Assembly: GCF_049116555.1 (NCBI RefSeq)
Contig: NZ_JAGDYT010000001.1
Span: 862,793-926,792, forward strand
DNA from: Maricaulis maris
GTDB lineage: Bacteria > Pseudomonadota > Alphaproteobacteria > Caulobacterales > Maricaulaceae
DNA: 64,000 nt
Direction of reading: 5' to 3'
Shown: one piece after another, positions 49,675 to 59,243 of the stretch
Layout: each line of letters begins with the position of its first letter
How positions within the stretch are numbered: position 1 is the stretch's first letter
Program-made: the position numbers and the translations under genes
The notes under the pieces: generated by a model
What the model was told of the DNA's origin: nothing
Database searches by the model: none
Seen by the model: the letters and a program-made list of their open reading frames with translations, nothing else

Positions 49675-50064
49675 CTAGCGCGGTTCTGCGAGCCATGTGC
49701 GGGCATCGTGCTCTGTCTTGAAGACGCGCTCATGGGTCGTGAGTGTCTGGCTCGATGTTTTTTCCCAGAAGGCCAGCATGGCGCGCGATAACTTGTCATC
49801 GCAGACGATGGCAGCGCGGCGACGGGGTCCGGTTGTCACGGGATCAGCCTTGGCCATGCGGGCCTGCAGGTCGGCCATGGCGGATGCCGACATCTCCGAC
49901 AAGGAGGTGCGCGTCAAGAGGGTCAGGAAATCATACTCGTCTGACCAGGCCTCATGGGCCCTGGCGCGGGCGAACAGCGCCATCATCCTATCGATCGTGA
50001 CCCGCCCGGTTATCCGGTAGATGCACAGCCCGTTTTCCGGCTCGAAGTCGATTTCCACAGCCAT
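49675..50064 (-). CDS. Hypothetical protein, STAS/SEC14(SpoIIAA)-like
   Basis: CIYRITGRVT...RRRAAIVC...ERVFKTEHDARTWL pattern. Confidence 0.55.
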   Translation of the reverse strand: MAVEIDFEPENGLCIYRITGRVTIDRMMALFARARAHEAWSDEYDFLTLLTRTSLSEMSASAMADLQARMAKADPVTTGPRRRAAIVCDDKLSRAMLAFWEKTSSQTLTTHERVFKTEHDARTWLAEPR

Positions 50065-50197
50065 CACCCTGAAAGTGGCCAGAGGCGGGATGTCTGAGTG
50101 ACGGTCGCCCCGGGACTCCATATCGGCCGATGAGTCGCGGTTTCAAGTGGTTTCGAAATGCATCTGACCGGGCGCGGCGAGGCTCAACCGGGCGCGG

Positions 50198-51178
50198 TCA
50201 GTTTTCGGGCTGCCACGGAGTCGGTCCGACCTGCTCGATCCGATTGGTTGAAATACCGCCGCGAAAGCGCGCGTCGAGTGCGTCACGCGCCGTGACGGTG
50301 TCGATGCCCGTGGAGTTCATGCGGGTGCGATCCAGATCGCCCATCACCCAGACGTCTGTCCCGACGGCGGCCATGCGGGTTTCCAGCCGGGTCGGCCAAC
50401 CCCAGGCAAAGCCGGCATAATTGGCGGGCAGGACGACCACCGTATCGTGACAGGATTGCGGGACATGGCCTGACCAGCCCCAGACGAGATAATCCCTCGC
50501 GCAACGACGGATGGCAGCCCGGCTCATGCGCCGGATATCGGGACGCAGGGCAGCGAGTCGGGCATCCGGTCGGGGCGCCGACAAAATGATCATGTGCGTG
50601 ACCGGCAGGGCGCGCGCCTCGATATAGCTCACCAGCGCTTCGGCCTCATGTGGATCATTGCTCTTGATATTGATCAGGAAGTCGCGCGCCGGGAAGGCAT
50701 CAAAAACCTCGGCCAGGGTCGGAATGGCACCGATCCCGAGACCCCGAAGGGGAAAGGTTTCGCCGCCATCGGCGGTGTAGCCATAACCGGCATCCAGCGT
50801 CCGCAACATGTCCATACTCTGCGCCCGGACCGGGCCGCTGCCCTGCGTGCGGCAGTCGAGCGTCCAGTCATGGAAGACGGCAAACTCGCCATCGGTCGTG
50901 GGGTGGATATCAATCTCGACGCGAGCGGCCCCCGCCGCGAAAGCGGCTTCGATTGAGGGCAGGGTGTTCTCGATGAAGGTGTGGCGCGGCGGATCAATCA
51001 GCTCCGCGGTGCAGTCATCCCGTCCGGCGCCGGACGGATCAAAGGTCTGGTGCACGCCGCGATGGGCGATGAAATAGGGCGCGTCTCGCTGTGGCACGGC
51101 CAGCCAGGACGCGTTGTTGAGATAGAGGGCGCTGGTGGCCACGCCGAGCATGGTCAATGCGATGTATCGCTTTCTCAT
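50198..51178 (-). CDS. Exported glycerophosphodiester phosphodiesterase
   Basis: FIAHRG, ENTLPSI, VEIDIHPT, FHDWTLDCRT, NIKSND. Confidence 0.9.
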   Translation of the reverse strand: MRKRYIALTMLGVATSALYLNNASWLAVPQRDAPYFIAHRGVHQTFDPSGAGRDDCTAELIDPPRHTFIENTLPSIEAAFAAGAARVEIDIHPTTDGEFAVFHDWTLDCRTQGSGPVRAQSMDMLRTLDAGYGYTADGGETFPLRGLGIGAIPTLAEVFDAFPARDFLINIKSNDPHEAEALVSYIEARALPVTHMIILSAPRPDARLAALRPDIRRMSRAAIRRCARDYLVWGWSGHVPQSCHDTVVVLPANYAGFAWGWPTRLETRMAAVGTDVWVMGDLDRTRMNSTGIDTVTARDALDARFRGGISTNRIEQVGPTPWQPEN

Positions 51179-51262
51179 GGTGTCTCCCCCGTCCCTCGGA
51201 GCTTGCGAACGGGACACGGCAGCAGCAAGGCGTGAATGGGACGGGATCGCGGCGTTCGACCG

Positions 51263-51373
51263 TCAGCGCGCCATATCCGAATCCTGAGCTCAAGGGCGGC
51301 GCCGTCGCCGCTTCAAGGTTCCACCCGTCAGCCCCAGCCCCGGATGCGACTGTCTCCAGCACGCCAATTATGG
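51263..51373. repeat. Decayed copy 2 of the 3592-3720 palindromic element
   Basis: 51270-51350 aligns to 3617-3696 at 58/80 identity by hand; shared tcaagggcg, cgccgcttc, ggttccaccc, cccggat. Confidence 0.65.
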
Positions 51374-51425
51374 CCGGGAATGCGCTCTGCCCTATCCAAA
51401 AGAAGGCAACTCGCCGTCCCCGCAG

Positions 51426-51460
51426 GAAAAAGGGCGGTCCCGTCGGAACCGCCCTTTTCT
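51426..51460. terminator. Terminator of icd (likely bidirectional)
   Basis: aaaaagggcggt...accgcccttttc. Confidence 0.75.
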
Positions 51461-51483
51461 TGTTCTGATGTGATCGCTTGCGA

Positions 51484-52707
51484 TCAGCCGCGAGCGGCCA
51501 TGGCCGCCTTGAAGCGCTCATCGACCTTGTCGAGGAAGCCTTCGGTCGACAGCCAGCCCTGGCTTTCGCCGACCAGCAGGGCGAGATCCTTGGTCATGAA
51601 GCCGGCTTCCACCGTCTTGATGATCGTGTCCTCCAGCAGGGCCGCGAAGTCCATCACGTCCTGGCTCCCGTCCATGCGGCCGCGGTGGGCGAGGCCCTGC
51701 GTCCAGGCGAAGATCGAGGCGATGGAGTTGGTCGAGGTCTGCTCGCCACGCTGATGCTGGCGATAGTGACGGGTGACGGTGCCGTGTGCGGCCTCGGCTT
51801 CGACCGTCGAGCCATCGGGGCTCATCAGCACCGAGGTCATCAGGCCGAGTGAGCCGAAGCCCTGGGCGACCGTGTCGGACTGGACGTCGCCATCATAGTT
51901 TTTACAGGCCCAGACAAAGCCACCGGACCACTTCATCGCGGCAGCGACCATGTCGTCGATCAGGCGGTGCTCATAGGAGATGCCCTTCTCGGCGAAGGCG
52001 TCCTTGAACTCGGCCTGATAGACTTCCTCGAACAGATCCTTGAAACGGCCGTCATAGGCCTTGAGGATGGTGTTCTTGGTCGAGAGATAGACCGGCCAGC
52101 CGCGCTGCAGGCCATAATTCAGAGACGCGCGGGCAAAGTCGCGGATCGAGTCGTCGAGATTATACATGCCCATGGCGACACCGGCGGACGGGAAGTCGAA
52201 GACTTCGCGGGTGACCGGATCGGAGCCATCGGACGGCTCGAAAGTCATGGTCAGCTTGCCCGGGCGGTCGACCAGGAAATCGGTGGCGCGATACTGGTCG
52301 CCAAAGGCGTGGCGGCCGATGACCATCGGCTGCTGCCAGCCCGGCACGAGGCGCGGCACGTTGGAGATGACAATCGGCTCACGGAAGACAACGCCGCCGA
52401 GGATGTTGCGGATGGTGCCATTCGGCGAGCGCCACATTTTCTTCAGGCCAAACTCTTCGACACGCGCTTCGTCCGGCGTGATGGTGGCGCACTTCACGCC
52501 AACGCCGTAATGCTTGATGGCTTCGGCTGCGTCGATGGTGATCTGGTCGTCCGTCTCGTCACGCTTGGTGACCGAGAGATCGTAATACTTCAGATCAATG
52601 TCGAGATAGGGCAGGATCAGCTTGTCCTTGATCAGCTGCCAGATGATGCGGGTCATCTCATCGCCGTCGAGTTCGACGACCGGGGTATCGACTTTGATCT
52701 TCGCCAT
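51484..52707 (-). CDS. icd: NADP-dependent isocitrate dehydrogenase
   Basis: [44 protein letters not shown]. Confidence 0.97.
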   Translation of the reverse strand: MAKIKVDTPVVELDGDEMTRIIWQLIKDKLILPYLDIDLKYYDLSVTKRDETDDQITIDAAEAIKHYGVGVKCATITPDEARVEEFGLKKMWRSPNGTIRNILGGVVFREPIVISNVPRLVPGWQQPMVIGRHAFGDQYRATDFLVDRPGKLTMTFEPSDGSDPVTREVFDFPSAGVAMGMYNLDDSIRDFARASLNYGLQRGWPVYLSTKNTILKAYDGRFKDLFEEVYQAEFKDAFAEKGISYEHRLIDDMVAAAMKWSGGFVWACKNYDGDVQSDTVAQGFGSLGLMTSVLMSPDGSTVEAEAAHGTVTRHYRQHQRGEQTSTNSIASIFAWTQGLAHRGRMDGSQDVMDFAALLEDTIIKTVEAGFMTKDLALLVGESQGWLSTEGFLDKVDERFKAAMAARG

Positions 52708-52816
52708 GGGTGCTCTGCTTTCTTTTCGGACGGACTGAAGTCGCGCTAGGACAGCGCGGACACGTAATTTGCGCGCTCTCTAGCATCGGTGCGCGCCAAG
52801 GTGAAGGCCTCGTTCC

Positions 52817-53566
52817 ATGACGCAAATCTCTGCAACGCCCGCTTTCATACTCCATACGCCCCAGCTGGGTGAGAATATTGGTGCCGCGGCGCGCGTCATG
52901 GGCAATTTCGGACTGCCGGAACTGGTCGTGGTCGACCCGCGCGATGGCTGGCCCAATGACAAGGCGGTCACCATGTCGGCCGGCTCACCCGTGCTGGGCA
53001 ATGCCCGAGTCGAATACCGGCTCGGCGATGCGATCCACGACCGTACCCGGCTCTACGCCACCACCGCCCGCCCGCGCGGGATGGAGAAGCCGGTGATGAC
53101 GGCGCGTGAGGCGGTCAGCGACATGAAGGCGGCGATCGCGTCCGGCGAAAAGGTCGGCGTGTTGTTCGGCGGCGAGAAGTCCGGCCTGCCCAATGAGGCG
53201 GTCAACATGGCCGATGCCATCATCACCCTGCCGGTCGACCGGTCCTTCTCCTCGCTCAACCTGGCCCAGGCGGTCGCCGTGATTGCCTATGAGTGGACGG
53301 CCGGCGAGGGCGCTCCGGCAGAGTTCGAACCGGTCTCCGATGTTGCCGCGCGTGAGGATCTGGAACGCATGTTCGAGCACTTCGAGGCGGAGCTTGACCG
53401 AGCCGGATTTTTCCACCCGCCGTCGAAAACCCCGTTGATGGTTCAAAACCTCCGCAATGCCTTCATCCGTGGGCGCTGGACGACACAGGAAGTGCGGACC
53501 TTCCGCGGCGCTGTGAAGGCACTTGCCCTTGGACGTGGCAAAGCGCGTGTGGTCCGCGAGGATTAG
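52817..53566 (+). CDS. trmJ: tRNA (C32/U32)-2'-O-methyltransferase (SPOUT)
   Basis: ENIGAAARVMGNFG, LFGGEKSGL, SSLNLAQAV, WTTQEVRTFRG. Confidence 0.85.
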   Translation: MTQISATPAFILHTPQLGENIGAAARVMGNFGLPELVVVDPRDGWPNDKAVTMSAGSPVLGNARVEYRLGDAIHDRTRLYATTARPRGMEKPVMTAREAVSDMKAAIASGEKVGVLFGGEKSGLPNEAVNMADAIITLPVDRSFSSLNLAQAVAVIAYEWTAGEGAPAEFEPVSDVAAREDLERMFEHFEAELDRAGFFHPPSKTPLMVQNLRNAFIRGRWTTQEVRTFRGAVKALALGRGKARVVRED

Positions 53567-53569
53567 GCG

Positions 53570-54664
53570 CTACCGGCCCGCGCCGACAGCCCAGTCATTC
53601 CGGTCGTCGCGTGACAGCGGCAGCGTTGCCAGCCATGCCGCGCCATCCGTCGCAGCCGGTTCTGCCGCCTCGACAGCCCAGACCAGCACCGCCTCCATCA
53701 GCCGGGCATTGCGCAGGATGTCGGCAGCGTCCATCGAGCCGGGGAAGATGCGGGCCTCGAAAGTGTGCTTGTCGGGCAGGGCATGAGCGATGTTGAGCAG
53801 GTTGAAGTCGGCGTATTTGGTCGGTTTGGCCTCGGCCAGCATGGCGCGGGCCTGCTCCCAGTCGCATCCCCGGAAGGCCTCGCTGCGGACCCGTTCGACA
53901 ATCGCATCGGCCATCGGTCCCAGACGGACGCAGGCCGGGTTGGTGCCGACAAGGTCGCGCAGACAGGCGCCGTGACGGTGCAGCGCGTCCACCAGTCGCG
54001 ACAGGATGGCGGCGTCGCACAGGGCGCGCGCGTCGAAATGGACATGGATGGCGGCTTCGCGGGGCAGGGTGAAGCCGAGCGCCTTGGCGTCGGCCAGCAG
54101 GGCAGTCAGGGCGGTGCCTGGATCACCCTCGTAAGGCGGCGTGATGAGTTCGCAGGGGCGTTCGCGCTCACCCGGCAGCGGGGCGACCATCGCGATTGAA
54201 CGGTCGGCGCGGTCTACCACTTTCGCGATGCCGCCATCGGTGTGCTCGATATCCGTTCCGAAGAGCGCGGCGACAGGGGCCAGGACGTCGGCAATGTCTG
54301 CGCCGGGATCGCAATGCTCGGTCACCAGGGCCAGCAGGCGGGCGTCATCGCTGAGAATTCGCATCCAGCCTGGCAGGGGGGCGGCCTGGGGGTTGAGCCC
54401 GTCGCGCAGGGTGAGGTCATCGACGCAAAGGGCAAGGCGTTGGCCATCTGCGTCCAGGATGTCGAAACCCAGGACCAGATTCTCGAATACCGGCATGCCC
54501 GGGACGAGACTCGGTTCGGACTGGGGATAGAAGACGGTCTTGACGCGGCCGCCCACACGGTGGGCAATCCGCTCGGCCAGATCGCGTCGGCTGAGCCCGC
54601 GCGGCGCCATCAACTCGATCTCGAATCCCTTCTTCCAGGGATGGCGATGCGTCGAGCCTGTCAT
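53570..54664 (-). CDS. Putative amidoligase (Amidoligase_2, COOH-NH2 ligase fold)
   Basis: GFEIEL, ELITPP, AIHVHFD, KY.DFNL, TFEARIFPGS; start set at MTGSTHRHPW. Confidence 0.7.
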   Translation of the reverse strand: MTGSTHRHPWKKGFEIELMAPRGLSRRDLAERIAHRVGGRVKTVFYPQSEPSLVPGMPVFENLVLGFDILDADGQRLALCVDDLTLRDGLNPQAAPLPGWMRILSDDARLLALVTEHCDPGADIADVLAPVAALFGTDIEHTDGGIAKVVDRADRSIAMVAPLPGERERPCELITPPYEGDPGTALTALLADAKALGFTLPREAAIHVHFDARALCDAAILSRLVDALHRHGACLRDLVGTNPACVRLGPMADAIVERVRSEAFRGCDWEQARAMLAEAKPTKYADFNLLNIAHALPDKHTFEARIFPGSMDAADILRNARLMEAVLVWAVEAAEPAATDGAAWLATLPLSRDDRNDWAVGAGR

Positions 54665-54820
54665 GTCTGTCTCCGCACTGCTTCGCTGCGCCAGCAGGGG
54701 CAATCTGGCAGTGATCCGGCGTGCGCGGGAGTCCGGATGACAGGCGGGAGTCGCATTCTGATTGCCGGGCCAGAGCAACGCGGTTAAGGCTGGAAGCAGT
54801 TGAAATCCGGGGGAATTGAA

Positions 54821-55687
54821 ATGTCGAACACGTCGGTCATGAGTGCGCTGGCTCTGGTCTCGCTTTTCGGAGCAACGGCCGAGGCCGAAGTGGAGGGCGC
54901 GGCGATTGCGCTTCCGGAGGCGGAAATGTCCGCCATTCTCGCCGCATCGTCTGTCGGCATGGCATTCAGCCAGGACACGGCTGCCCAGGTCGATCTCTTC
55001 TTTGCCAGCGATTATGGCTATTGCGATGCGCGCAAGGTCGCGCATGTGTGGAATACCGACCCGTTCAGCGCTAAGGCAATTATTGGCGGCAAGATTGCCA
55101 ACGGGCTGACCAGTCTGGTCGATGCCGACATCGCCTCGACCGCGGGCCGCGTGTCCTGTGACTGGGGCGAGTTGGGTCTGGGTTGGGACCAGGCGCTGGC
55201 CCTGGCCACGTATTGGGGCGGCAGTCCCGGCGAAGCCAAGGCGAAGGCCGGCGTCATCGCCAGTGATCTTGGCCACAAGGGCTTCATGCGCACGATGGCG
55301 CACGTCCTCGATCCGTCCCATCCGCAGAATCCGGCCGGTGGTGACGAGGCCTATCAGCAAATGTTCTTCAATAGCGATTACGGCTATTGCGACGCGCTGA
55401 AGGTGGCGCATGTCTGGGGCACGGATGTCGGCTCGGCCAAGACCGTGATCGGGCAGAAGATTGCAGGCGGGATCACCGATCTCGTTGATGTGGACATCGC
55501 CTCGACGGCGGCGTCCGTACAGTGCAGCTGGGTCGATACCGGGCTGGATTATACCGATGCCAGCAATCTCGCTGATTTCTGGGGCGTGTCGGTTGGCGAG
55601 GCCAAGATCAAGGCGACCGCCTATACCTCGGAATGGGGCAATCGCGGTTTCTTCGAACGTCTGGGCAGCGTGCTGGCTCGGGGGTAG
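54821..55687 (+). CDS. Secreted hypothetical protein with a duplicated 96-aa domain
   Basis: Signal peptide; repeats at 54998-55285 and 55364-55651, ~60% identical. Confidence 0.75.
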   Translation: MSNTSVMSALALVSLFGATAEAEVEGAAIALPEAEMSAILAASSVGMAFSQDTAAQVDLFFASDYGYCDARKVAHVWNTDPFSAKAIIGGKIANGLTSLVDADIASTAGRVSCDWGELGLGWDQALALATYWGGSPGEAKAKAGVIASDLGHKGFMRTMAHVLDPSHPQNPAGGDEAYQQMFFNSDYGYCDALKVAHVWGTDVGSAKTVIGQKIAGGITDLVDVDIASTAASVQCSWVDTGLDYTDASNLADFWGVSVGEAKIKATAYTSEWGNRGFFERLGSVLARG

Positions 55688-55915
55688 GAGAGTCCCGACG
55701 AGGCCCTCCGGTCCAATTCTGGCGCCTGGCGCGGGACGGGGCATTGATCTCGTGTCAGCCACCTCCCGGACGGCTGATTCCCAGCGATAGAACAATGGCT
55801 TGGCGGGCGTCTTTACGCCCTGCCCAGCCGAAAAACCGGGCGCAGGCGCGCGGCCGATGTGATCGTCGCTTCGGCCCGTTGCTGCACACCCATCGCGATC
55901 GCCGCCCTCCTGCCA

Positions 55916-55943
55916 TTGACTTCCCTGTCCACACAGGTAAAAC
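55916..55943 (+). promoter_or_regulatory. sigma70-type promoter of rpsD
   Basis: TTGACT-N16-TAAAAC. Confidence 0.55.
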
Positions 55944-56067
55944 CCGCGCTTCCCTCGCCGGGGCCTGACCCCGGATCGTTCAACACCAACGGGACGATGC
56001 GAGAACCGCCGTTTAGATCGCACGCCTTTGAGGGAAGGCGCGCCGGGCCGCATCGAATAGAGAGAAC

Positions 56068-56685
56068 ATGTCGAAGCGTCATTCGCAGAAATACAAAATT
56101 GACCGCCGCATGGGTGAAAACCTGTGGGGCCGTCCGAAGTCTCCGGTCAACTCGCGTTCCTATGGCCCGGGTCAGCACGGTCAGCGCCGCAAGAGCAAGA
56201 TGTCCGATTTCGGTCTCCAGCTCATGGCGAAGCAGAAGCTGAAGGGTTATTACGGCAACATCACCGAGAAGCAGTTCCGTCGTACCTATGACGAAGCTTC
56301 CCGCCGTAAGGGTAACACCGCCGAACTGCTGATCGGTCTGCTGGAAAGCCGCCTGGACGCTATCGTCTACCGCTGCAAGTTCGTGCCGACGGTCTTCGCA
56401 TCGCGCCAGTTCGTCAATCACGGCCACGTCAAGGTCAATGGCATCAAGGTCAACATCCCGTCCTACCGCTGCAAGCCGGGTGACGTGATCGAAGTCCGCG
56501 AGCGCTCGCGCTCGATGGCCCTGGTCCTGGAAGCCCTGGAAAGCCCGGAGCGCGATGTTCCGGACTATGTCGATCTCGATCCCAAGGCGATGAAGGCCAC
56601 CTTCGTGCGCATGCCGGACTTCTCTGAAGTGCCGTACGCCGTGCAGATGGAACCGAACCTGGTCATCGAATTCTACTCCTCGTAA
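56068..56685 (+). CDS. rpsD: 30S ribosomal protein S4
   Basis: [34 protein letters not shown]. Confidence 0.97.
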   Translation: MSKRHSQKYKIDRRMGENLWGRPKSPVNSRSYGPGQHGQRRKSKMSDFGLQLMAKQKLKGYYGNITEKQFRRTYDEASRRKGNTAELLIGLLESRLDAIVYRCKFVPTVFASRQFVNHGHVKVNGIKVNIPSYRCKPGDVIEVRERSRSMALVLEALESPERDVPDYVDLDPKAMKATFVRMPDFSEVPYAVQMEPNLVIEFYSS

Positions 56686-56707
56686 GAGGACGACATTCGA
56701 TCGTGTA

Positions 56708-56743
56708 AAGAGGCCGCTCCGGATATCCGGGGCGGCCTTTTTC
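56708..56743 (+). terminator. Terminator of rpsD
   Basis: aggccgctccgg-atat-ccggggcggcct plus T-tract. Confidence 0.8.
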
Positions 56744-56936
56744 ATGGCCCGGCGGGAGCACCGCCGCGCAGTCGTGCAGGCCTGCCTCGCGCTGCAGCAT
56801 GTCGGTTCGGAAATTCGCGTCTCACGAGTCCATGGTTGATCCGGCCCTGATCCCTGATTGGATGAGACTGCCTGGACGCCTGCAGGGGCAAATATGCGGG
56901 TTTCGGGTGTGTATTGGGGATGTCTTGGGGGCAAGT

Positions 56937-57464
56937 ATGGCAGGGCGTTGGTGCGGCGTATTGGCTGGTTTGGGACTGGCTGTTTCTGTGACGGCATGTG
57001 CAACGAGCGGGGATCCGCAGGTCGAGGCGCAAAATCGCCTCCTGCCGAGCCTGCCACCCATGCCGGCAATGCCGGCCCTGCCGACGATCAATATCTCCGA
57101 CATGCGTATTCCGGGTACCAACCGGCAGGCTCCGGCTCCGGACCCCTCGCTCGAGAACATCATCTATTGGCGCGTCATCGAGGATGACATCCTCATCGTC
57201 CATGCCGACACGAATGGCTGTACGTCACGCGCTGATTTTCGCGTCGATGTTCAGCAATATCATGATGACATCTACACGGTTCGCCTGACCCGCGAGGCTG
57301 CGGATCTGTGTGAAACCGAGGCGCCCTGGGGCACCCAGCTGGGCTTCGGTTTCGAGGAACTCGGTGTGCCGATCGGTGGCCAGGTGATCGTGCTCAATCC
57401 GGTTGATACCGAGCGTCCCTGGGACTGGAACGAGGCCCGCACCTATCTGGCCAGCCGCCGCTAG
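56937..57464 (+). CDS. Hypothetical lipoprotein
   Basis: Lipobox VTAC; Pro-rich linker; TNGCTSRADF...DLCE Cys pair. Confidence 0.6.
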   Translation: MAGRWCGVLAGLGLAVSVTACATSGDPQVEAQNRLLPSLPPMPAMPALPTINISDMRIPGTNRQAPAPDPSLENIIYWRVIEDDILIVHADTNGCTSRADFRVDVQQYHDDIYTVRLTREAADLCETEAPWGTQLGFGFEELGVPIGGQVIVLNPVDTERPWDWNEARTYLASRR

Positions 57465-57473
57465 GCCGCGCGT

Positions 57474-59243
57474 TCAGACCACCGCATCCCAGCTGCGCGA
57501 CAGGCGTGAGGCGGCGTTGATGATGCCGACCATGGAGTAGGTCTGCGGGAAATTGCCCCACAGCTCACCGCTCGCCGTGTCGATGTCTTCCGACAATATC
57601 CCCAGCTCTGTGCGATGGGCGAGAACGTCTTCGAACATGGCCCGCGCGTCTTCGAGCCGGCCGATCCGGGCCAATGCGTCGATATGCCAGAAGGTGCAGG
57701 CGGTGAAGGCTGTCTTCGGTTTGCCGAAATCATCGGCAACCCGGTAGCGATAGACATGATAGCCGTCGCGCAATTCCTCATCGACCCGCTCGACCGTGGC
57801 GATGAAGCGCGGATCCTCCGGAGCGATAAAGCCGATCTCGGCCATCAGGAGAACAGACGCGTCCAGCGCCTCGCCACCGAAAGCGCCGGTGAAGGCCTGC
57901 CGCTTTTCGCTCCAGGCTTCGCGCAGCACGGTCTCGCGGATTTCCTCTGCCCGCACGGCCCAATACGCCTGACGGTCGGCCAGATCCAGCTCATTGGCGA
58001 TCCGGGCGAGGCGGTCGCAGGCCGCCCAGCACATGATGGCGGAGGAGGTGTGGACATCGGCCCGGCCGCGATACTCCCAAATCCCGGCGTCGGGCGTGTT
58101 GTAGACCGCATAGGCGCGTTCTCCGACAACCTCGAAATGCTCGAACTCCAGCTGGCCCGCCTTGGACTGGAGACGATCATCGAAGAAGGCCTGTGACGCG
58201 CCCAGAATGACGTGGCCGTAGACATCGTGCTGAATGTGTTCGGCGGCCTGGTTGCCGAAGCGAACGGGGCCCATGCCGCGATAGCCGGGCAGGGCGTCGG
58301 CGATGGTCTCTGTCAGATCGGTTTCCAGCGCGATCCCGAACACCGGCTGGATATGTCCGCCCTTGGTCAGCGCCACCGTGTTGCGCAGATAGGCCATATA
58401 GCCTTCCAGCGTGCCGACTGCCGAAAGCCGGTTGAGGGCGGTCACGGTGAAATAGGCATCGCGCAGCCAGCAATAGCGATAATCCCAGTTTCGCTCGCTA
58501 TCGGCATGTTCCGGAATCGAGGTCGTCAGCGCAGCGACAATGCCGCCCGTCTCCTCATAGACGCAGAGCTTCAGCGTGATGGCAGCCCGGATGACTGCCT
58601 CCTGCCATTCCGGCGGGGTGGCGAGGCGCCGCGACCAGTCCTGCCAATGGGAACACGTGCGCTCGAACCAGTCCTTGGCCATCGCTCCGACCGAGTCCGA
58701 CAGGCTTTCATCGGGTCCCAGGAGGAAGGCGATTTCGTGATCGAGCACAAATTCGCGCTGGTCCATGATGTAGGAGAGCGGCGCGTCTGTCGTGATGCGG
58801 AAGCCGGCACGATCATCGAGAAAGCTGACATGGCTGACCCCGCGCCTGGCCGTCATGGCCCCGGCGCCGTGCCGACAAGCCGCGCTCAGCGTGATGGCGA
58901 TCCGCGGCATGCCACGCAGCGGCGTGATCCGCCGCACGGTCGAGGCCGGTCTGAACATGCGCCCCTTGTCCATGAAGCGCGGGGCAAAATCACTGATCAG
59001 GATGGCCGAGCCGTCCGCCGCTTCCAGCTCGGTCTCGATCACGGCGGTATTGCGAACATAGCGCTGTCGCGCCGTGACCTGGCCCGCGAGGGCTACGGCG
59101 AAGGCGCCGTCGCCGCCGACCAGGCGGTTGAAGACCGGTTCGCCATCCAGGCGTGGCAGGCAAAGCCAGCTCAGCGTGCCGTCCTGGTCGACCAGTCCGG
59201 CGATTGTGCCATTGCCGATAATGCCGAGTTGCAGTGATGTCAT
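57474..59243 (-). CDS. Glycoside hydrolase family 15 (trehalase/glucoamylase-like)
   Basis: GGIVAALTTSIPE, NWDYRYCWLRD, GIWEYR, WGNFPQTYS. Confidence 0.9.
   Translation of the reverse strand: MTSLQLGIIGNGTIAGLVDQDGTLSWLCLPRLDGEPVFNRLVGGDGAFAVALAGQVTARQRYVRNTAVIETELEAADGSAILISDFAPRFMDKGRMFRPASTVRRITPLRGMPRIAITLSAACRHGAGAMTARRGVSHVSFLDDRAGFRITTDAPLSYIMDQREFVLDHEIAFLLGPDESLSDSVGAMAKDWFERTCSHWQDWSRRLATPPEWQEAVIRAAITLKLCVYEETGGIVAALTTSIPEHADSERNWDYRYCWLRDAYFTVTALNRLSAVGTLEGYMAYLRNTVALTKGGHIQPVFGIALETDLTETIADALPGYRGMGPVRFGNQAAEHIQHDVYGHVILGASQAFFDDRLQSKAGQLEFEHFEVVGERAYAVYNTPDAGIWEYRGRADVHTSSAIMCWAACDRLARIANELDLADRQAYWAVRAEEIRETVLREAWSEKRQAFTGAFGGEALDASVLLMAEIGFIAPEDPRFIATVERVDEELRDGYHVYRYRVADDFGKPKTAFTACTFWHIDALARIGRLEDARAMFEDVLAHRTELGILSEDIDTASGELWGNFPQTYSMVGIINAASRLSRSWDAVV

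Noticed and set aside
53570-56053. 827-aa ORF joining the amidoligase to upstream sequence
   Set aside because: The upstream part is antisense to the secreted protein and the rpsD promoter; the real gene starts near 54664
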